This document shows positions 62,016 to 64,000 of a stretch of 64,000 nt of DNA, in pieces. The notes under the pieces were generated by a model that was not told the origin of the DNA, ran no database searches, and saw only the letters and a program-made list of their open reading frames with translations. Position numbers and translations under genes: made by a program. The stretch lies in the IMG/VR virus record IMGVR_UViG_3300044820_000144, positions 51,592 through 115,591 of that record; one strand, given 5' to 3'. The DNA is from a virus. Every line of letters starts with the position of its first letter. The first letter of the stretch is position 1.

Positions 62016-62167
62016 CTGTGCCTGTCCCTTACCAGCTCGACGACGAGGCTCTCGAAGACATTCGGGTCGCCGTTGCTGCTCTACCTCCGCTCTCGGATGA
62101 GGAGATCCAGAGCCTCGTCGCCGAGATCACTGCTCGCCGGGTTCGCTGGTTGCCGCGTCCCAGATGA
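62012..62167 (+). CDS. Small protein (51 aa), candidate recombination directionality factor
   Basis: AALPPLSDEEI motif; converges on and overlaps integrase 3' end. Confidence 0.45.
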   Translation: MTVPVPYQLDDEALEDIRVAVAALPPLSDEEIQSLVAEITARRVRWLPRPR

Positions 62168-63668
62168 ATCGCTGCTGCGCAGGACCGCCTCCCGCGCGAA
62201 GCAACATCAAGCGGGGGAACGCCCAGCGCACCATGGAGCGCATCGCAGTTAGGTCTCCGGACGCCTGCGCTGCATCCCAGGTGCGCTGGGCGTCCTCAAT
62301 CGGCGACGCCTCCATCTCCGAGGATGCCTGCAGCGCCTTGAGCTTCTCTATGATCTTGGCCTTCTGGGCATCAAGCCCCGCGAGGTACCGCTCCATCCGG
62401 TCGGGCGTCCAGGTGTCCGACCCCGCCTTGCTGAGCAGGTCTTGCTCCTGTGTCTGAAGCTCTGCTAGCCGGGCGTCCAAGGGCTCGCGCTCTGCTCGTG
62501 CATCGGCGGCCCGGCGGGAGATCCCGTCGTTGAACCGCGGGTCGCTCAACCTCAAGATCACCGCCCTCCGCACAATCTCGTCCGCGAGGCGCTGATCAAT
62601 GTTCACCCTCCCGCAGCCGCCACCGTAGGCCTGGGGCTGGCAGAAGTAGTCGCGGGCGACCTCTCCGTCTGGGTACGGAGTGCGCGCGGGCCGCGGGCGG
62701 CCGTACATCCTCTGGAGTCGCTGCCCGCCGCTCGCCCTGTAGCACTCGGCGCAATGCATGAGCCCGCTCAGAAGATAGGTCGTCGCCAAGCGACCGCGCT
62801 TCCGGGAGGCGAAGAGCGTCTGCAGCCGGTCCCAGGTCTCGCGGTCCAAGACCGGCTCGCCAGGAAGCGTCTTGCCCTCGACGATCTGCCCCTTGTAGAC
62901 GACCAGTCCCGCCAGGCTCGGCCGCTTCAGCAGCTGGCGCATCGTGTTCGATGTCCAAGGCCCGGAGAGCGACTTCAGTCCGCGGCGGTTGTAGTCACGG
63001 ACGATCTCGTCGATCGTGTCGCCGCCAAGATGTCTCCGGGCGGCTTCCTGGACGATGGCCCGCTCGGCGTTCACGATCTCCAGCGCCACCATGGGTGGCC
63101 TGGGATCGCCCTGCTCCCAGCCCTCGGGCCTTGGCTCGGGCCCCTCCATCGCGTATCCGCGAGGGCCTGCATTGCTTCGACCCCGGCGCGCCTTCTTGGC
63201 CTTCCCGCGGGTCGTCCGCTGGCTGTTTTTGTCCGACTCCTTGGCGGCCTGGGTCATGTCGGTTCGGAAGTGGGCTCTGCTGTCCGGATCGGCGAGGTTG
63301 TACGTGTTCTCCAGGCTGGAGACGATCAATCCGCGTTCGGCGACCGCGATCAGGCGTTCGCCCTCGATCGGCTTGCGGGTGAACCGGGTGAGGTCGTAGA
63401 CCATCACGCCATCCGACTTCCCGCTCTCCAGGCGCTCCATCAGCGCCTCCCACTCGGGGCGGCGGACCTTCGGGCTCCAGCCGGACAGGGCATGATCGAG
63501 GAAGGACATGCCCACGACCCAGCCGTCGCGATCATGCTCTTCGATGGCGGCCCGGCAGTCCTCGTCCTGCTCCTGGACGGAGATCGTCCTGCCGTCCTTG
63601 GCCTTCGAGATGCGGGCGTAGATGTCGATCACCAGGGTTCGCTGCTCGGCCACGATCCCACTGTACAT
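62127..63668 (-). CDS. int: Large serine recombinase (integrase)
   Basis: IYARIS, S-G..RP, VYDLTRFTR catalytic domain; recombinase domain; CAEC...C..C Zn ribbon and coiled coil; start codon uncertain (63668 or 63653). Confidence 0.93.
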   Translation of the reverse strand: MYSGIVAEQRTLVIDIYARISKAKDGRTISVQEQDEDCRAAIEEHDRDGWVVGMSFLDHALSGWSPKVRRPEWEALMERLESGKSDGVMVYDLTRFTRKPIEGERLIAVAERGLIVSSLENTYNLADPDSRAHFRTDMTQAAKESDKNSQRTTRGKAKKARRGRSNAGPRGYAMEGPEPRPEGWEQGDPRPPMVALEIVNAERAIVQEAARRHLGGDTIDEIVRDYNRRGLKSLSGPWTSNTMRQLLKRPSLAGLVVYKGQIVEGKTLPGEPVLDRETWDRLQTLFASRKRGRLATTYLLSGLMHCAECYRASGGQRLQRMYGRPRPARTPYPDGEVARDYFCQPQAYGGGCGRVNIDQRLADEIVRRAVILRLSDPRFNDGISRRAADARAEREPLDARLAELQTQEQDLLSKAGSDTWTPDRMERYLAGLDAQKAKIIEKLKALQASSEMEASPIEDAQRTWDAAQASGDLTAMRSMVRWAFPRLMLLRAGGGPAQQRFIWDAATSEPGEQ

Positions 63669-63706
63669 AAATGCACGTCCGCCGGGGTCGACATGCATTT
63701 TAGTAC
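63663..63706. other. Candidate attP site
   Basis: 17-bp imperfect inverted repeat (14/17) GTACATAAATGCACGTC / GACATGCATTTTAGTAC around a 10-bp spacer at the integrase 5' end. Confidence 0.65.
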
Positions 63707-63811
63707 CGGACTACGTGCTGTCATCGTGCCTGCTCAGACGCCCGTCCGCCCTGGGCACCTCACCCACACGGTGGATGGATGGTCGGCCGTGGCGTCCGTC
63801 AGGGTGGTGGG

Positions 63812-64000
63812 GTGTCCGACGAGCGGCCCGAGGAGCCCATCCTCAACATCAGGAACAAGCACATCTTCCCGGCGCCAGACCTGGGCGTCGCGGGAGGGCT
63901 GACGGTCGATCGGCCGCGCCGCTACGTGAGCTACTTCGAGAACCCGCTCGGCGAGCAGTGGGTCTTCATCCGCGAGATCGACGAGAGCGGTGAGGCTGAA
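63812..64000 (+). CDS. Partial hypothetical protein (runs off window)
   Basis: MSDERPEEPILNIRNKH...YVSYFENPLGEQWVF open to the window end. Confidence 0.6.
   Translation, partial: MSDERPEEPILNIRNKHIFPAPDLGVAGGLTVDRPRRYVSYFENPLGEQWVFIREIDESGEAE

Larger units (their letters stand above)
1..64000. mobile_element. Temperate tailed phage (siphovirus-like), probably actinobacterial host; extends beyond both window edges or is a permuted genome
   Basis: Colinear terminase-portal-protease-scaffold-capsid-tail-TMP modules, replication genes and serine integrase; no host housekeeping genes seen. Confidence 0.95.

Overview
The whole window is a high-GC temperate phage genome (or most of one), most likely infecting an actinobacterium given WhiB, leaderless TAnnnT promoters and an r1t-like holin. 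The gene order is: intein-containing terminase, portal, 2H-phosphoesterase/prohead-protease fusion, scaffold, decoration protein and major capsid; a ~14 kb block of fibre/collagen/repeat proteins; head-tail joining genes with a GT4 glycosyltransferase; major tail, frameshifting tail chaperone, a 2393-aa tape measure and a LysM-bearing tail hub; then recombination/replication genes (PD-(D/E)XK nuclease, AAA_24/Sak4-like ATPase, SSB-like, primase-helicase), many small accessory ORFs, a holin and a large serine recombinase with an intact attP-like inverted repeat. The best leads are: (1) a full-length LAGLIDADG intein in TerL whose +1 extein residue is Gln rather than Cys/Ser/Thr; (2) a bipartite (N)NTT-N14-GYCGA motif repeated in intergenic gaps ahead of virion genes, a candidate phage late promoter; (3) a candidate virion-glycosylation module (GT4 next to Thr-rich giant and GXT-collagen fibres encoded between head and neck genes); (4) an Acb1-like 2H domain fused to the head protease; (5) three antisense leaderless morons in the late operon; (6) a tRNA-like minihelix; and (7) an AT-recoded Walker A patch. 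All product calls come from motif recognition by eye; no database searches were run.
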